From an uncultured bacterium (GTDB lineage Bacteria; Zixibacteria; MSB-5A5; CAIYYT01): DNA of 64,000 bases. The notes under the pieces were generated by a model. It was not told the DNA's origin, did no database searches, and saw only the letters and a list, made by a program, of their open reading frames with translations. A program made the translations under genes and the position numbers. Positions 60,877 through 64,000 of this stretch are shown here, piece by piece. Where the stretch lies: assembly GCA_963726455.1 (NCBI GenBank), contig CAVSCK010000004.1, positions 1-64,000 of the forward strand, read 5' to 3'. Every line of letters starts with the position of its first letter. The first letter of the stretch is position 1.

Positions 60877-60905
60877 AAAAAAGCGGCCCCGCGCTGCACG
60901 GGGCC
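60877..60905 (-). terminator. Terminator after the YceI-like gene
   Basis: GGCCCCG/CGGGGCC stem, followed on the minus strand by GC and T6. Confidence 0.65.
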
Positions 60906-60945
60906 TGATAGTGAGATATGCTACACTGGCAAATGAAGGGCGACC

Positions 60946-61599
60946 CTATTGAGTCGACGCGAAGATATCGAAGTGTACTCTCACCAAATCGTTAAGCATT
61001 AACAAAGCTTCCTGCGGGATGCGGATACCGAAATCCGACAGCTTGAAATTGAAATTGCCGACCAGGTGGACCAAGTCACCCGGCAGCCGGCCTTTCGTAA
61101 CTTCGTTCTGTTCCAGATAGGTCACGAACAGGTCGATCGCCACGGCGTTGGTTTTACCGGCCATCGTCAATTCGCCCGTACCCGTGACTTCAATGCGTTG
61201 CTCATTATTCAACGCCCAATTCCGGCTCCTCTCGAATTGAAGCAGATGGAACGTCATTGTATTGGCGGTACTAAGATCCAGCAGTGTGCGGGAAAAGACC
61301 ACAGAATTGCGATCCGCATAGCCGGTCGTCAATTTGGTCAGATCAACAGTCAGTTCGAGTTTGGGAGCGTCCTGGATAGTATCGAGGCGAACCTCTGCCT
61401 GAGCGGTCAAAGCAGTCGTGAGCGCCAGAACGGTCTGTAATTGTCCATCCGATTCAATGGTCACGAAATTGCGATTGTTGTCGTCAGTTGCACGAAATGA
61501 CCTGCGGCCGGTAGCGCCGGCAGCATCATTGCTGCTCACAAACGCCAACAGCGTCACGCCCATCAACACCATAACCCAAAACTTCGATACCTGTCTCAT
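60946..61599 (-). CDS. YceI-family lipid/polyisoprenoid-binding protein
   Basis: Signal peptide; VDL..L.TG...R, G.LT..G.T..V, F.LSDFGI..P, V.V.F.I pattern. Confidence 0.8.
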   Translation of the reverse strand: MRQVSKFWVMVLMGVTLLAFVSSNDAAGATGRRSFRATDDNNRNFVTIESDGQLQTVLALTTALTAQAEVRLDTIQDAPKLELTVDLTKLTTGYADRNSVVFSRTLLDLSTANTMTFHLLQFERSRNWALNNEQRIEVTGTGELTMAGKTNAVAIDLFVTYLEQNEVTKGRLPGDLVHLVGNFNFKLSDFGIRIPQEALLMLNDLVRVHFDIFASTQ

Positions 61600-61797
61600 T
61601 CTCCGGATCCTCCAAATGACTTAGATCAATTAGGCGCCGAATATAAGTTGTATCCAACCCCCGGCGCAAGCCCTAAACCGAATGACGCGTTTTTTTTGCT
61701 AGCCGCTATCACTTAATAGACGAAAAGACCACCCGGGCATAAAAAAATCAGCCGGACGCCGGAGCTGATGATGTAGTGATATATGCGGATATTACTA

Positions 61798-62715
61798 TTA
61801 GATGTCTCTGGAGGCCAGGACTGCCGCACCTATAAGGCCGGCGTCGTTGCCCAGCTTGGCCGGCACGACCTTTATACCCCTGCGGCACGAAGGGGAAGCA
61901 TATTTGAGTATTCCCTGGCGGATTGCCCGAAAGTAAGGGGCTCCTCCGGCGGCAATTCCGCCTCCGATAACGATAATCTCCGGATTCAACAATTCCATCG
62001 CCGAACCGATGCCGCAGGCCAGATTGTCCGCCGCCAGAGCAACGGCTCGTGTTGCGTCCTTGTCACCCTGTTTCGCCCGGTCAAAAATGAATTTGACGCC
62101 GCCGTCCCTAGGAACCGGTTTGCCATAGAATTCCAGGAAAGCGTCGGTCGCGGCCAGTGCTTCGACACAGCCGTGCTTGCCGCACTTGCAGAGCTTTCCG
62201 TCCTTTTGAATTATCGTGTGGCCGATCTCCGCGCCGGCGAAATGAGCGCCGCGCCAGATCTCGTTATTGAGGATGATGCCCGAGCCGATGCCGGTACCGA
62301 CCGTTATGTAAAGCCCGGAACGGTGACCCCGTCCGGCGCCGAAACGGTGCTCGGCGAGCGCCATAACATTGGCGTCGTTGTCGACCGACACACGAAGCCC
62401 GGTGGCTTTGCTGACCGCCTTCTTTACCTCTGCGCCTTGCCAACCGGGGGTATTGGGAGAACGACCGATGATCTTGCCTTGATGTGCGTCGACGATGCCG
62501 GGACTGCCGATACCGACCGCCCGCAACTTGCAGCCCTCCTGTTTGGCAATCCAGCCAAGATGAGAGACGATTGACGCAAATTCGTGTAGAATTGCAGCCC
62601 GGCCTTTCGGCGTCGGGGTGGAGGATTTGTAGATGATTTTCCCGTTGCTGTGAACCAGCCCGAACTTAATGAATGTTCCCCCGAGGTCGATTCCGGCAGC
62701 AATCGTCTTTAGCAT
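61798..62715 (-). CDS. ROK family sugar kinase (glucokinase-like)
   Basis: GIDLGGT.IK, NDAN..ALAE, GTGIGSG, EIGH..C.CG..GC.E, GNDAGLIGAA. Confidence 0.95.
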   Translation of the reverse strand: MLKTIAAGIDLGGTFIKFGLVHSNGKIIYKSSTPTPKGRAAILHEFASIVSHLGWIAKQEGCKLRAVGIGSPGIVDAHQGKIIGRSPNTPGWQGAEVKKAVSKATGLRVSVDNDANVMALAEHRFGAGRGHRSGLYITVGTGIGSGIILNNEIWRGAHFAGAEIGHTIIQKDGKLCKCGKHGCVEALAATDAFLEFYGKPVPRDGGVKFIFDRAKQGDKDATRAVALAADNLACGIGSAMELLNPEIIVIGGGIAAGGAPYFRAIRQGILKYASPSCRRGIKVVPAKLGNDAGLIGAAVLASRDI

Positions 62716-62768
62716 GCAGTCATGCTGCCATCCCGATCACAAGAATTCAACAAAAACTGTGTCGACTG

Positions 62769-63749
62769 CTATTCTTGAAAAGGATGATTACGCAGGAAAT
62801 CTGGCCGATAGTGATGCGGACTGCTTAGTTCCTGTACCCAGCCACGGTACAAACCCAGGCGTGCGAATTCGGTGAGCATTTCGTCGTACTCTGCTTTCGT
62901 GACTGTTCGTCCCAGCAGGGGATCATTGCCGACCTCGGACGTGGGGTAGTACTGCGACATGAGTGACACATGTACGGAAGGGGAAAGCTCTTCGGCGATA
63001 AAACGCAGGACGGCCTTGGAATTTTCAACTTCGCCGGGAAGGACTAGATGACGAATGATGAGGCCTGATTCGATCACGCCCTCATCATTCAAACGAATGG
63101 TGCTGCCGACTTGGCGATACATCTCACGGATCGCAGCCGTGGCGTGCTCGACGTAACGGGGCGTGTCTGAATACTTCTCGGCAAGGTTGTTATCCATATA
63201 CTTCAAGTCGGGGAGATATACCTGGATGGTGCCTTCCAGATCACCAATGGTCTCGACCGTGTCATACCCGTTCGTGTTGAAAACAAAAATCGGCTGACGA
63301 CCCCGCGCCTTGAGGGTTTGGATAATGACTTTCATTTGCGGTATGAAGTGTGACGGCGAAACAAAGCCAACGAGCCGGATTCCGGAATCCAGAATTGCCT
63401 CGATCCGTTTCACGATCGAGAATAATTCGTCGAAATCATTGGCGACAGGACGCGAGTTGCGGCTGATCTGGTAGTTCTGGCAGAAGACGCACTGCATATT
63501 GCAGTGGCTGAAGAAGATGTTGCAGATACCCAGGGAGCCTGACAGAACGGGTTCCTCACCACGGTGGGGAAAGATGGAATCTACTGCAAATCCGGCGCCT
63601 GCGAGACAATAACCGAGTATAGGGGAAGTGCGATCAGCATGGCATTGGCGCGGACAGATGGCGCAGTCGCGTAGCTCGTCGAGGGGCTCGAAGATGGTTC
63701 GCCAGTCGAGTTGCCAGGTGTCGTCCAGGGGGCGGGGAAGCTCGTACAT
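62769..63749 (-). CDS. Radical SAM protein, PflX-like
   Basis: C.ICPR.C, H.GEEP.LSG, CNMQCVFCQN (CxxxCxxC), YLPDLKY, IRHLVLPG, SLMSQY.P. Confidence 0.92.
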   Translation of the reverse strand: MYELPRPLDDTWQLDWRTIFEPLDELRDCAICPRQCHADRTSPILGYCLAGAGFAVDSIFPHRGEEPVLSGSLGICNIFFSHCNMQCVFCQNYQISRNSRPVANDFDELFSIVKRIEAILDSGIRLVGFVSPSHFIPQMKVIIQTLKARGRQPIFVFNTNGYDTVETIGDLEGTIQVYLPDLKYMDNNLAEKYSDTPRYVEHATAAIREMYRQVGSTIRLNDEGVIESGLIIRHLVLPGEVENSKAVLRFIAEELSPSVHVSLMSQYYPTSEVGNDPLLGRTVTKAEYDEMLTEFARLGLYRGWVQELSSPHHYRPDFLRNHPFQE

Positions 63750-63895
63750 CTAGCCCAATATACATGCTGGCTCCGTGCATAACAACCAGTGGATACCTGT
63801 TTCTAAGGTCTAAGATATCAGATTTTCAGACTTATTGTTGTGCAAACATCGCGCCGTCCGTAGCTTTTATGGATATTTTGAGAATGGAGTAGGCA

Positions 63896-64000
63896 ATGCT
63901 AGCGATTGAAAACAGTGTCTTGGTAATAATTGATGTTCAGGGGAAACTCTCCCAGTTGATGTATGAGAAGGAGAAGCTGTTCGCGAATCTCGTGCGAATG
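63896..64000 (+). CDS. Isochorismatase-family hydrolase (3' partial)
   Basis: RBS GGAG; MLAIENSVLVIIDVQGKL.. runs off the end of the window. Confidence 0.8.
   Translation, partial: MLAIENSVLVIIDVQGKLSQLMYEKEKLFANLVRM

Overview
64 kb of a moderately GC-rich diderm bacterial chromosome. It is most consistent with an FCB-group lineage such as candidate Zixibacteria; this is an inference from the many secreted proteins ending in a Cys-bracketed dockerin-like duplicated Ca-binding module and from T9SS type-A C-terminal domains. The backbone is housekeeping: M42 peptidase, cysS, uvrC, a long minus-strand run (yebC-ruvCAB-queA-ispDF-dedA-ddl-mtnA), ctpA, ktr/trk, peptidases, a ROK kinase and a PflX-like radical SAM. 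Highlights: (1) a dispersed, non-cellulosomal cohesin/dockerin-like system, with four dockerin-tailed secreted proteins (a PAD/agmatine-deiminase-family enzyme and a 1.6-kaa repeat/beta-propeller protein among them), one scaffoldin-like T9SS substrate and a stand-alone SprA-N-like lipoprotein; (2) a HesB/IscA-like selenoprotein with an in-frame TGA that the ORF track truncates; (3) at least six families of REP-like palindromes, including a 1-kb mosaic tandem array and a REPIN-bracketed cassette of two paralogous orphan genes; (4) an IS481 element abutting a REP; (5) a small sigma54-promoted orphan gene behind an NtrC-type two-component system. Several genes, including the normally essential ddl, carry single-base frameshifts that look like assembly errors. 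No rRNA, tRNA or CRISPR array was recognised. All family calls come from motif recognition by eye, not from database searches.
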